Shown one piece after another: positions 56,037 through 64,000 of a DNA stretch of 64,000 nt. Position numbers and translations under genes: made by a program. The number at the start of each line of letters is the position of its first letter. Positions within the stretch are counted from its first letter, which is position 1. Source of the stretch: Candidatus Magasanikbacteria bacterium CG10_big_fil_rev_8_21_14_0_10_36_32 (GTDB lineage Bacteria > Patescibacteriota > Patescibacteriia > Magasanikbacterales > GWA2-37-8); NCBI GenBank assembly GCA_002778465.1, contig PFBV01000003.1, positions 151,736 to 215,735 on the forward strand, written 5' to 3'. The notes below the pieces were generated by a model. The model did no database searches, was not told the DNA's origin, and saw only the letters and a program-made list of their open reading frames with translations.

Positions 56037-56954
56037 CTAAACTTTTCTGTTGCGTACAATAACAAAAACCAAAAAAATAGTCATTAAAGCAATTAATCCA
56101 AATAAACCAAACACCACCGTCGGTTTATCCGCCAAAGGCAATCTGGACAAATTCATTCCATAAATTCCAGCCAACAAAGTTAAAGGCATTAATCCTACTG
56201 AAATAAAAGTCAAAATACTGATTACCCGATTTGTGTGTTGTGAAATAAGAGATTCATTTGTCCAATGCAATCCATCAATCATATCTTTAAAATTTTCCAC
56301 TTCCACCCACATTTTTTCTATATAATCATGAATGTTGTCAAAATAATCACCCATTTCCTGAGGAATAAAGTCACGGTTGATGTTAGTCATGGTGGCTAAA
56401 GTAAATCTTTGAGGATCAAGTATCCGGCGCAATGTTAAAACGGAACGACGGATATAAGCTAAATCATGAGCCACGCTTTTTAATTCATTCTCATAAACAT
56501 TATCCTCAACTCGTCCAATTTGATTATCAATTAAATCAATCACCGCGTATGATTCGCGAAATAATTTTTCCATTAATTTATACAAAATAAAACTCGGACT
56601 TTTGTCTAACCACATCTTTTTAAATTTGGCGCTTTGGGCTATTTTATTAAAAAAATTTTCAAATGCCGGAAATGGTTTTTGAGAAATTGTTATCAATGTA
56701 TCGCCGGTAATAAAAATATCCACCTCTAAACCGCGCGTTCTTCTATTTTCTTGGTCATAATAAGGAAAAATAGCAATCAAAAAAAGATAATACTTATAAA
56801 CATCCAGCTTTGGACGCTGTTGTTCAGACATTACGTCTTCAATATCCAATGTATGAAATTTAAAATTATCCTTAAGATAATTTTCTGTTTCCTCATTAAC
56901 ACTATCAATATATATCCAACGTCCTTTTTTGCCGGTCAATTCTTGAATAGCCAT
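56037..56954 (-). CDS. corA: CorA-family magnesium transporter. Likely start MAIQELTGKK; the ORF track extends it to 57077.
   Basis: Two C-terminal TM helices with a YGMN motif (GIYGMNLSRLP). Confidence 0.8.
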   Translation of the reverse strand: MAIQELTGKKGRWIYIDSVNEETENYLKDNFKFHTLDIEDVMSEQQRPKLDVYKYYLFLIAIFPYYDQENRRTRGLEVDIFITGDTLITISQKPFPAFENFFNKIAQSAKFKKMWLDKSPSFILYKLMEKLFRESYAVIDLIDNQIGRVEDNVYENELKSVAHDLAYIRRSVLTLRRILDPQRFTLATMTNINRDFIPQEMGDYFDNIHDYIEKMWVEVENFKDMIDGLHWTNESLISQHTNRVISILTFISVGLMPLTLLAGIYGMNLSRLPLADKPTVVFGLFGLIALMTIFLVFVIVRNRKV

Positions 56955-57133
56955 AAATTTAAATATTAGCCATAATTTAATTAAATTTATTATATCAAAA
57001 AAATAACTAATCCTCAACAACCAAACTAACAAATTAATACTTGACAAAAGTTTAATTTTGTTGTATAAATATATCACTTAAACAAGTGGGATCCTGACCA
57101 CTCGGGAGTTTGTACCACTAACATTTTATTCAT

Positions 57134-57811
57134 ATGTCAAAAAGAATGGACGCTTTACGCGCCAAAATAGACAAAAACAAAGTGTATCCGATTGACGAAG
57201 CGATTGCTTTGATCAAAGACACATCAAATGTTAAATTTGATGCCAGCGTGGAAATTCACGCTTTGTTGGGTGTTGACCCAAAAAAAGGTGAACAACAAAT
57301 TCGCGCCACCGTTGTCTTGCCTCACGGCACAGGTAGATCAAAAAAAGTCGCCGCTTTTGTTTCTTCTGAAAAAGAAAAAGAAGCCAAAGAAGCCGGGGCT
57401 GATTTTATCTACGGTGAAGAAGAAATTAAAAAAATTAAAGATACGGGTAAAATTGAATTTGATATCGCTGTCACCACTCCTGATATGATGCCGAAACTGG
57501 CCGCTATCGCTAAAGTGTTAGGACCTAAAGGTTTGATGCCAAACCCAAAAACAGAAACAGTCGGTCCAAATGTCAAAAAAATGGTTGAAGAATTAAAAAA
57601 AGGAAAAATTACTTTTAAAAATGATGATACGGCCAATGTTCATCAAAGCATCGGCAAAATCAGTTTCAGCAACGATCAACTAAAAGAAAATTACACGGCT
57701 TTTTTAGAAGCATTGCAAAAAGCCAAACCGGCAACAACCAAAGGAACTTATGTAAAAAATTTGGTTATTTCCAGCAGTATGGGCCCGGGAATAAAAATTT
57801 CCGACAAATAA
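57134..57811 (+). CDS. rplA: 50S ribosomal protein L1, with no adjacent rplK
   Basis: L1 family. ...GTGRSKKVAAF..., 225 aa. Followed by a hairpin terminator (aaaaaaaatccctcgtttttacgagggatttttt, about 57820-57852). Confidence 0.9.
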   Translation: MSKRMDALRAKIDKNKVYPIDEAIALIKDTSNVKFDASVEIHALLGVDPKKGEQQIRATVVLPHGTGRSKKVAAFVSSEKEKEAKEAGADFIYGEEEIKKIKDTGKIEFDIAVTTPDMMPKLAAIAKVLGPKGLMPNPKTETVGPNVKKMVEELKKGKITFKNDDTANVHQSIGKISFSNDQLKENYTAFLEALQKAKPATTKGTYVKNLVISSSMGPGIKISDK

Positions 57812-57899
57812 AAACAATCAAAAAAAATCCCTCGTTTTTACGAGGGATTTTTTCTTGTCAAAAAGTTACTCAGCTGATAAAATATCGGTATAATTTTAT

Positions 57900-58388
57900 A
57901 TGATTCAAAACCGCCAACGTCCAGACTGGGACGAATATTTTATGGAAATCGCCAATGCAGCCGCCAAACGCGCCACTTGTGATCGCGGATATAGCGGCTG
58001 TGTTATTACACGCGAAAAACAAATTTTAGTCACCGGTTATGTCGGTTCACCAGCCGGATTACCTCATTGTGATGAGATTGGACATAAAATTAAAACTGTC
58101 ACTCACGAAGATGGACATCAAAGTCAACACTGCCAACGAACCGCCCATGCCGAAGCTAACGCCATCTGTCAGGCGGCAAAAATTGGAACTTCTGTTAACA
58201 AAGGAACTCTCTATTGCAAAATGACACCTTGCGCCGCTTGCGCCAAAATGATAATCAATTCCGGAATCGTCCGAGTGGTCTGCGACAAACGTTATCACGA
58301 GGGACAAGAAACTGAAGAACTATTCAAGACCGCAAACATAGAATTAAAATATTTTGATGGTAAGCTTGAACATTATGACAAACAATAA
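57900..58388 (+). CDS. dCMP deaminase
   Basis: HAEANAI and PCAACA zinc motifs. Confidence 0.85.
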   Translation: MIQNRQRPDWDEYFMEIANAAAKRATCDRGYSGCVITREKQILVTGYVGSPAGLPHCDEIGHKIKTVTHEDGHQSQHCQRTAHAEANAICQAAKIGTSVNKGTLYCKMTPCAACAKMIINSGIVRVVCDKRYHEGQETEELFKTANIELKYFDGKLEHYDKQ

Positions 58389-58935
58389 AATTATTTTTGG
58401 TTTTACCGGACAATTATCATGTGGAAAAGGAACGGCAGCTAAATATTTGGAACAAAAATATAATGCTCAAACTTACCGCTTTTCTACTAAACTGAGAAAC
58501 CTGCTTGATGCTATATATATAGAACACTCGCGCGACGCAATGATAAAAATGTCGGAAGCTGTGCGATCAATTTTTGGCGAAGATATTTTAGCTAAAGCGA
58601 TGGCTAAAGATGCCGCCAATGATTCAAATCCAATTGTTGTGGTTGAAGGAATCCGCCGGCCAGCTGACATTGAATTTCTTAAAGAACTGCCTAATTTTAT
58701 TTTAGTTGAAATTTTTGCCGAACCAGAAACAAGATACCAGCGTCTGATCAAACGCAGAGAAAATTCCGATGATAATTCAAAAACTTACAAACAATTTTTA
58801 GCCGACCACCAACGTCCAACTGAACTGAGTATTTCACAAGTAACACCCGAAGCGGTAGAACATATTGATAACAACGGAACAGTGGAAGACTTAAACAAAC
58901 AACTTGATGTTTTAATTAAAAAATATGCAAATTAA
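58354..58935 (+). CDS. P-loop nucleotide kinase of unknown specificity (predicted dNMP/nucleoside kinase within a dTTP-synthesis cluster)
   Basis: Walker A-like FGFTGQLSCGKGT. Lies between dCMP deaminase and dut. Confidence 0.45.
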   Translation: MMVSLNIMTNNKIIFGFTGQLSCGKGTAAKYLEQKYNAQTYRFSTKLRNLLDAIYIEHSRDAMIKMSEAVRSIFGEDILAKAMAKDAANDSNPIVVVEGIRRPADIEFLKELPNFILVEIFAEPETRYQRLIKRRENSDDNSKTYKQFLADHQRPTELSISQVTPEAVEHIDNNGTVEDLNKQLDVLIKKYAN

Positions 58936-59356
58936 AATAAAAAGATTAGACAAAACTCTTCCTTTGCCAAAATATCATACTGATGGCGCAGCGGCTTTTG
59001 ATTTTTATGCGCGTGAATCAGGTGTCATAGAACCAAAAACAATAAAACAAATACCAACAAATTTAATTATTGCCACTCCACCGGGTTTTATGATGCTGAT
59101 TGCATCTCGTTCTAGTCTAGGCGTCAAAAAAGGATTGATGCTTTCTAATTGTGTCGGTATTTTAGATAGTGACTATTGCGGACCAAAAGACGAGATTCTG
59201 CTTTCGCTTCATAATTTTACCGACAAACCAATTACTGTTGAGCGAGGTGAGCGACTGGCTCAAGGTATAATTATCAAAATAGAACAAGCGGATTGGAATG
59301 AAGTTGAAGAAATGGACATGCCAACTCGTGGCGGATTTGGCAGCACAGGAAAATAA
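58925..59356 (+). CDS. dut: dUTP diphosphatase
   Basis: GILDSDYCG (motif 3) and the C-terminal RGGFGSTG. Confidence 0.88.
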   Translation: MQIKIKRLDKTLPLPKYHTDGAAAFDFYARESGVIEPKTIKQIPTNLIIATPPGFMMLIASRSSLGVKKGLMLSNCVGILDSDYCGPKDEILLSLHNFTDKPITVERGERLAQGIIIKIEQADWNEVEEMDMPTRGGFGSTGK

Positions 59357-59364
59357 CAATTATT

Positions 59365-60237
59365 ATGAAAAATTATTTAGATATCGTTCAACGAATTATT
59401 GAGCAAGGCGAACAAAAAGAAAACCGCACCGGAATAGATGCTATTTCCATTGCCGGCGCTTTTTTTGAACATGATATGTCACAAGGTTTCCCTTTATTGA
59501 CCACAAAAAAAATGCCATTTAAAATAATTGCCACCGAACTTGAATTTTTTATCAAAGGTATTACCGACAAACAATGGTTAAAAGACAGAAATTGCCATAT
59601 TTGGGATGAATGGTGTTCACCAAAAAAAATTCCTTACGGACACGATGAAATCACTAAACAAAAAATGGCGGATGAACGTGACTTGGGGCCAATCTACGGT
59701 TTTCAATGGAGACATTTTAATGCCGATTATAATTCATTTGATTCAGATTATTCCGGACAAGGAGTAGACCAATTAAAAAATTTGGTAGAAAAATTAAAAT
59801 CAAATCCAACAGACCGCCGAATGATTGTTTCAGCGTGGAATCCATCTAAACTTTCAGAAATGGCCTTACCGCCATGTCACTATTCTTTTCAAGTTACGGT
59901 TATTGGAGACAAATTAAATTTATTATGGAATCAACGTTCAGTAGATACTATGCTGGGATTGCCATTTAACATCGCTTCCTATGCTTTATTATTACATTTA
60001 CTGGCCAAAGAAACCGGTTTAAAAGAAGGAAAACTGGTTGGTTTCTTAGCTGATACTCATATTTACGTTAATCATTTAGAAGGTGCGCGTGAACAACTAA
60101 ACCGTGATTCAAACATATATATTTTACCAACAATCACCACTGAAAATTTCACTTCAATTTTCAACTGGCAAGCAACTGATTCTAAACTAGAAAATTATCA
60201 AAGTCATCCTAAAATAAACTTTTCAATCGCCGTATGA
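59365..60237 (+). CDS. thyA: Thymidylate synthase ThyA
   Basis: RRMIVSAWNP and ALPPCH (catalytic Cys). Confidence 0.92.
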   Translation: MKNYLDIVQRIIEQGEQKENRTGIDAISIAGAFFEHDMSQGFPLLTTKKMPFKIIATELEFFIKGITDKQWLKDRNCHIWDEWCSPKKIPYGHDEITKQKMADERDLGPIYGFQWRHFNADYNSFDSDYSGQGVDQLKNLVEKLKSNPTDRRMIVSAWNPSKLSEMALPPCHYSFQVTVIGDKLNLLWNQRSVDTMLGLPFNIASYALLLHLLAKETGLKEGKLVGFLADTHIYVNHLEGAREQLNRDSNIYILPTITTENFTSIFNWQATDSKLENYQSHPKINFSIAV

Positions 60238-60743
60238 AAACAATACTTTTAATGGCTATAACTGCTGACGGAAAAATTGGAAAACATTCAAAACATTTAG
60301 CTGATTGGACTAGTAAGGCAGATAAAAAAATATTCGTAGCGGAAACTAAAAAAGCCGGCGTGATTGTAATGGGACAAACAACGTTTGACACAATCGGAAA
60401 ACCTTTGCCTAATCGTTTAAACGTTGTAATGAATTTAAATCCAGATAAAACAAAAAATATTTTAGAGCAATTGGAATTTACCAACAGTCCGCCTAAAAAA
60501 TTACTTGACGAATTATCTGAACGCGGGTTTGAAACCGTTATCCTTGGTGGTGGCGCAACTATTAATGGTCTTTTTCTTGATGCCGAATTGATAGATGAAA
60601 TATGGCTGACCGTTGAACCAAAAATTTTTGGTTCCGGATTATCTCTTTTTAACAATGTCGATGTAAATTTATCACTTGAATTAATTTCTTTAGAAAAAAT
60701 TGATACTAACGTTTTACAAATACGGTACAGGGTTATTAAGTAA
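60234..60743 (+). CDS. folA: Dihydrofolate reductase
   Basis: MAITADGKIG...ILGGGATI (DHFR/RibD C-terminal fold). Start overlaps the thyA stop. Confidence 0.8.
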   Translation: MKTILLMAITADGKIGKHSKHLADWTSKADKKIFVAETKKAGVIVMGQTTFDTIGKPLPNRLNVVMNLNPDKTKNILEQLEFTNSPPKKLLDELSERGFETVILGGGATINGLFLDAELIDEIWLTVEPKIFGSGLSLFNNVDVNLSLELISLEKIDTNVLQIRYRVIK

Positions 60744-60786
60744 CCTATCCACTTCAAATAAACACCAAATTTTTGATTTATTTTTT

Positions 60787-61491
60787 ATGTTCATAATGCT
60801 AGACGGTATTGATGGTTGTGGAAAAAGCACTATTATTCAAGCTTGGAAAGACTATCTAACAACGCAAGGTAATGCTATTTTTGATTTAAAAAAATATTGG
60901 CAAGAAACTGGCCGTTATCCAGAGTTTTCAGAATTAAAAAATTATACTTTTATTTTTAGTTGCGAACCAACTTACGTCGGAATTGGAAATGTCATTCGTC
61001 AAGAATTAGTCAAAAATGGAAACAATTACCCGGCTAAAGCCACTGCTGAAGCATTCTCGCTAGATCGATTAATTTTATACACCAAACTAATTATTCCTCT
61101 GATTAAAAATGGTTGTTGTGTTATTCAAGACCGCGGGGTCAGTTCTTCGTTGGCATACCAAACAACTCAAAATCCTGAACTCACTTTAAAATTTTTATCT
61201 TCATTAACCGGCAATAAACTGGCTTTAACATATCGTCCGGATTATTTAGTTCTGCTTGATTTAAAACCGGAAGAAGCAATCAAAAGATTAGGTAAACGGA
61301 CCAACAAAAAAGACGACGCTATTTTTGAAAAATTAAGTTTTTTAAAAAAACTTTATAAACAATATCATTCTTCCGCTTTTAAAAAAATTTTCACCAAACA
61401 TGGATCAAAAATTAATTTATTGCCGACAAACGTAAAAATTGATATAATGAAACAACAGGCTGTTGATTTATTAAAAACAATTTTAAATTAA
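60787..61491 (+). CDS. tmk: Thymidylate kinase. The ORF track starts at 60700.
   Basis: MFIMLDGIDGCGKST P-loop. DR(G) motif. Confidence 0.85.
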   Translation: MFIMLDGIDGCGKSTIIQAWKDYLTTQGNAIFDLKKYWQETGRYPEFSELKNYTFIFSCEPTYVGIGNVIRQELVKNGNNYPAKATAEAFSLDRLILYTKLIIPLIKNGCCVIQDRGVSSSLAYQTTQNPELTLKFLSSLTGNKLALTYRPDYLVLLDLKPEEAIKRLGKRTNKKDDAIFEKLSFLKKLYKQYHSSAFKKIFTKHGSKINLLPTNVKIDIMKQQAVDLLKTILN

Positions 61492-61501
61492 TTCAATTTT
61501 T

Positions 61502-62275
61502 ATGCTTATTTCCGCCCCAGACATCATTAAACAAAGTTGGTATTTATACGCAAAACATTGGAAAAAACTTTTACCCTATATGGGTTGGCTTTTGATTCCC
61601 AACGTAATACTTGGTCTATCGGGTCTCATTAGTTTATATTTGGATAAATACATTAAAGTTGGTCCTTTTATTTTAATAAACAATATAGTAATAACAGCTA
61701 TTTTTGTTGCCAGTATTGTATTTTCACTTTGGGTAACTATTGCCACAACAAAATTTTTGAAAGAAACTATTACCAACCAACCAACAATTCAATTTAAAGA
61801 AAACTTGATGGTTACCAGCACTTTGCTTTGGCCGGTGATTTATACTTCTGTCTTTGTTATGTTAATAGTTGCCGGCGGAACTTTATTGCTGATTATTCCA
61901 GGTATAATATTCAGCGTCTGGTATGCGTTTGCTTTTTACGCTGTTATTTTTGACAATCAAAAAGGCACCAAGGCTATGCAATTCAGTAAAAATTTAGTTA
62001 CCGGACGATGGTGGATTATTCTTTTGCGATTAGCTGTTCCAAGCATATTTTTCGGATTAATACTGGTTACAATAAATTACATAATAAATTTTGGATTAAA
62101 TTTTATTTTAACCGATTCAGCTTATACTGTAATTACAGGATTATTAACCAGCACGGTTAATGTTTTAATTGCGCCCCTAACAGCCTTAACCGGTATTTTG
62201 CTTTACCTCAGCGCTAAAGAAAATCCTGTGCAGATTATTCCACCACCGACAAATATTACTCCTCAAACCAAATAA
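61502..62275 (+). CDS. Hypothetical polytopic membrane protein (about 6 TM helices)
   Basis: Hydrophobic segments. Terminator at about 62283-62310 (aaaaccccgttgtaaaaaacggggttttt). Confidence 0.4.
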   Translation: MLISAPDIIKQSWYLYAKHWKKLLPYMGWLLIPNVILGLSGLISLYLDKYIKVGPFILINNIVITAIFVASIVFSLWVTIATTKFLKETITNQPTIQFKENLMVTSTLLWPVIYTSVFVMLIVAGGTLLLIIPGIIFSVWYAFAFYAVIFDNQKGTKAMQFSKNLVTGRWWIILLRLAVPSIFFGLILVTINYIINFGLNFILTDSAYTVITGLLTSTVNVLIAPLTALTGILLYLSAKENPVQIIPPPTNITPQTK

Positions 62276-62402
62276 ATAAAAACCCCGTTGTAAAAAACGG
62301 GGTTTTTAAATTCACCTAAAAAATAAATATCATTTTCGCTTATTCCAAAATAAAAACGCCCCGAATTAATCGAGGCGTATATGAACGCATTGGATAGGAA
62401 CT

Positions 62403-63233
62403 TTAATCAACAAATTCAAGGAATTCGTTGATTTCGTCTTCAAGCTGATCATACGTCCGACTGCCGAGCATGTCGCCGTAACGCACTCCATCGTTGTAAA
62501 AAATGAAAAATGGGATTGATTCAAAACCAAACTGATCCCCCAATCCCTGAATTACTGTCGTTTCCACCTCAATAATGGTGATCAATTTTTCATCACGAAT
62601 ATATTCGTAATTTTCATCCAACAGCTCATCGCCATATTGAATGGAGGCAAGTTCCAATCGAGGTACCATATAATTACAAGGTGGACACCAAAAAGCGCCA
62701 AACTTAACCAAAACCGGAGTTGAATTATCCTCAAGCATTTCAATGAATTCTTCGTAAGTTTCGGGATGCAACACTTCTGATTCATAGCGATCAATCAAAA
62801 CTTGAGCGCTGATCGTTATATTATCTTCGGTTACATCATAACCATCAAAACTTAGTTCGGACATTTCTACACCATAACTGAAAAACTTAATAGTCGGCGC
62901 AACTGTCACATCAGCATATGAAAAAACTTTTGGCGCCGTATCATAACCTACCTTTGCCAACCACAGCCAAGGCAAATTGCTATTCGTTACGGTAGAAGCG
63001 GCGCTAAGGTAAGGATCCACATCATAATTTTCACTCCTAATGAAAATCACCAATACATTGCTCTGCTGAGTCACCCAGTCGTACTGATCTTGATTTTGAA
63101 TCTCAAAAATCTCTCCCTCGTTCCACGTGTAATGCAATTCGTTTTCATTTGAATTAGAATCGCAAGAACTGAAAAAACACGCCAACATCGCGACAAAAAA
63201 CATCAGGGGAAAAAACTTAAGTCCGTTTCTCAT
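62403..63233 (-). CDS. Thioredoxin-like lipoprotein (N-terminal unknown domain plus a C-terminal Trx fold with WCPPC)
   Basis: Signal peptide with lipobox (LACFFSSC). Active site WCPPC. Confidence 0.7.
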   Translation of the reverse strand: MRNGLKFFPLMFFVAMLACFFSSCDSNSNENELHYTWNEGEIFEIQNQDQYDWVTQQSNVLVIFIRSENYDVDPYLSAASTVTNSNLPWLWLAKVGYDTAPKVFSYADVTVAPTIKFFSYGVEMSELSFDGYDVTEDNITISAQVLIDRYESEVLHPETYEEFIEMLEDNSTPVLVKFGAFWCPPCNYMVPRLELASIQYGDELLDENYEYIRDEKLITIIEVETTVIQGLGDQFGFESIPFFIFYNDGVRYGDMLGSRTYDQLEDEINEFLEFVD

Positions 63234-63441
63234 CTGAATTCTCCTTTCGACCTATCTAAGGTCAAGGTGTTGTAAAAGAACAATTAAACCATTATAGACA
63301 TGGCTGTTGATTTTTGTCAAACATAACACTATTAAATAATCAAACTCAAATAAATTAATAAATTAATTTACCAATAAAAAACTCCCCATTCGCCTCCGTC
63401 AATTGACGAATAGCAAATAGGGAGCAAATCAAACAGATATA

Positions 63442-64000
63442 TTAATCTGAAAGACTATTGAGGAATGCATCAATATCAGATGCTAGTGTCTCATAATAAC
63501 GACTGCCGAGCATATCGCCGTAACGCACTCCATCGTTGTAAAAAACGAAAAATGGAATAGCGCTAAAACCATACGTCGCACCCATACTGGGAACTTCATC
63601 AACATCCACATCAATAATGGTAATCAACTTCTCTTCGCGAACCAAATCACCATTTTCATCCAAAAGATCATCTCCATATTCAATGGAAGCCAGCTCCAAT
63701 CGTGGAATCATGAAATTGCACGGTCCGCACCAAGTGGCGCCGAACTTGACCAAAATCGGATTGGTCGGATCTGACAGCATCGTCTCCAACTCGGAGGCTG
63801 TCTCCGCCTTAATCACATCCGCTTGGTAACGATCAATCAGAATTTGAGCATTGACTGCTACTTGTTCCGCGGAAGCTTCATCGATCAAATCCATTTCTGT
63901 CATTTCTACGCCGTAACTGAAAAACTTGAGGGTTGGTGCGGTTTCCACACCGGCATTTTCAAATACTTCCGGCGCGTCGCTCATTTCCACTTTTGCCAAC
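63442..64000 (-). CDS. Thioredoxin-like protein, a paralog of 62403-63233. The N-terminus lies beyond the window end.
   Basis: WCGPC active site. About 55% aa identity to the neighbouring paralog. A near-identical stretch of about 60 nt (cgactgccgagcat.tcgccgtaacgcactccatcgttgtaaaaaa) is shared at the DNA level. Confidence 0.7.
   Translation of the reverse strand, partial: LAKVEMSDAPEVFENAGVETAPTLKFFSYGVEMTEMDLIDEASAEQVAVNAQILIDRYQADVIKAETASELETMLSDPTNPILVKFGATWCGPCNFMIPRLELASIEYGDDLLDENGDLVREEKLITIIDVDVDEVPSMGATYGFSAIPFFVFYNDGVRYGDMLGSRYYETLASDIDAFLNSLSD

Noticed and set aside
1-64000. CRISPR arrays, rRNA genes, transposases, integrases
   Set aside because: No direct-repeat/spacer periodicity, no rRNA-like conserved blocks, and no DDE, tyrosine or serine recombinase ORFs were seen. 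The only reverse transcriptase is the DGR RT (no group II intron maturase or endonuclease domains, no retron msr/msd-like inverted repeats).

Overview
The window is AT-rich (about 30-35% GC) with compact genes, no rpmD (L30) between rpsE and rplO, and extended r-proteins, which is consistent with a Candidate Phyla Radiation (Patescibacteria)-like genome. Most of it is core housekeeping: radA (3' end), recG, an LCP-family protein, der, pth, dprA, topA, a Rel/SpoT enzyme, parAB, asnS, recO, ruvX, map, adk, secY. A large S10-spc ribosomal protein cluster (rpsJ to rplO) runs with tuf, fusA, rpsG and rpsL on the minus strand. A queuosine/dTTP set follows (tgt, rlmH, trpS, dCMP deaminase, dut, thyA, folA, tmk). 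Three tRNAs are present: Arg-GCG, Val-CAC and Leu-CAA.

The standout is a chromosomal diversity-generating retroelement (DGR). It has a GC-rich reverse transcriptase carrying the DGR-specific LGNLTSQ motif and YADD (14164-15165, minus strand). An Avd-like four-helix-bundle gene sits on the opposite strand (15204-15548), and a roughly 104-bp template repeat lies at 15565-15668. Two paralogous target genes follow, at 16007-16603 and at 44066-44617, about 28 kb away next to rpsL. Their C-terminal variable regions differ from the template almost only at template adenines. Every AAC (Asn) codon in the template becomes Tyr/His/Asp/Ser/Leu and so on in the targets.

Both target loci share a conserved 3' flank with a GC-rich hairpin terminator and an upstream module. 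That module is a near-consensus TTGACA-N17-TATAAT promoter whose 17-bp spacer (AAAATGTGC) is conserved at four sites in the window. Downstream of it lies a 2-copy, roughly 77-bp tandem repeat. The repeat is related to a palindromic element (GAAATGAAAAT.AAATTTTCATTTC) found in the S10 leader and in the S12-S7 spacer.

Other notable items: a promoter-to-terminator unit of about 175 nt with no ORF (candidate sRNA, 12398-12575); a 10-nt poly-C tract between the divergent RT and avd starts; a GC-rich single-gene cassette with its own promoter and terminator (49927-50375); a small radical-SAM gene plus a Cys-rich ORF inserted between fusA and tuf; and tandem thioredoxin-like paralogs. Coordinates for non-ORF features were read manually and may be off by 1-2 nt.
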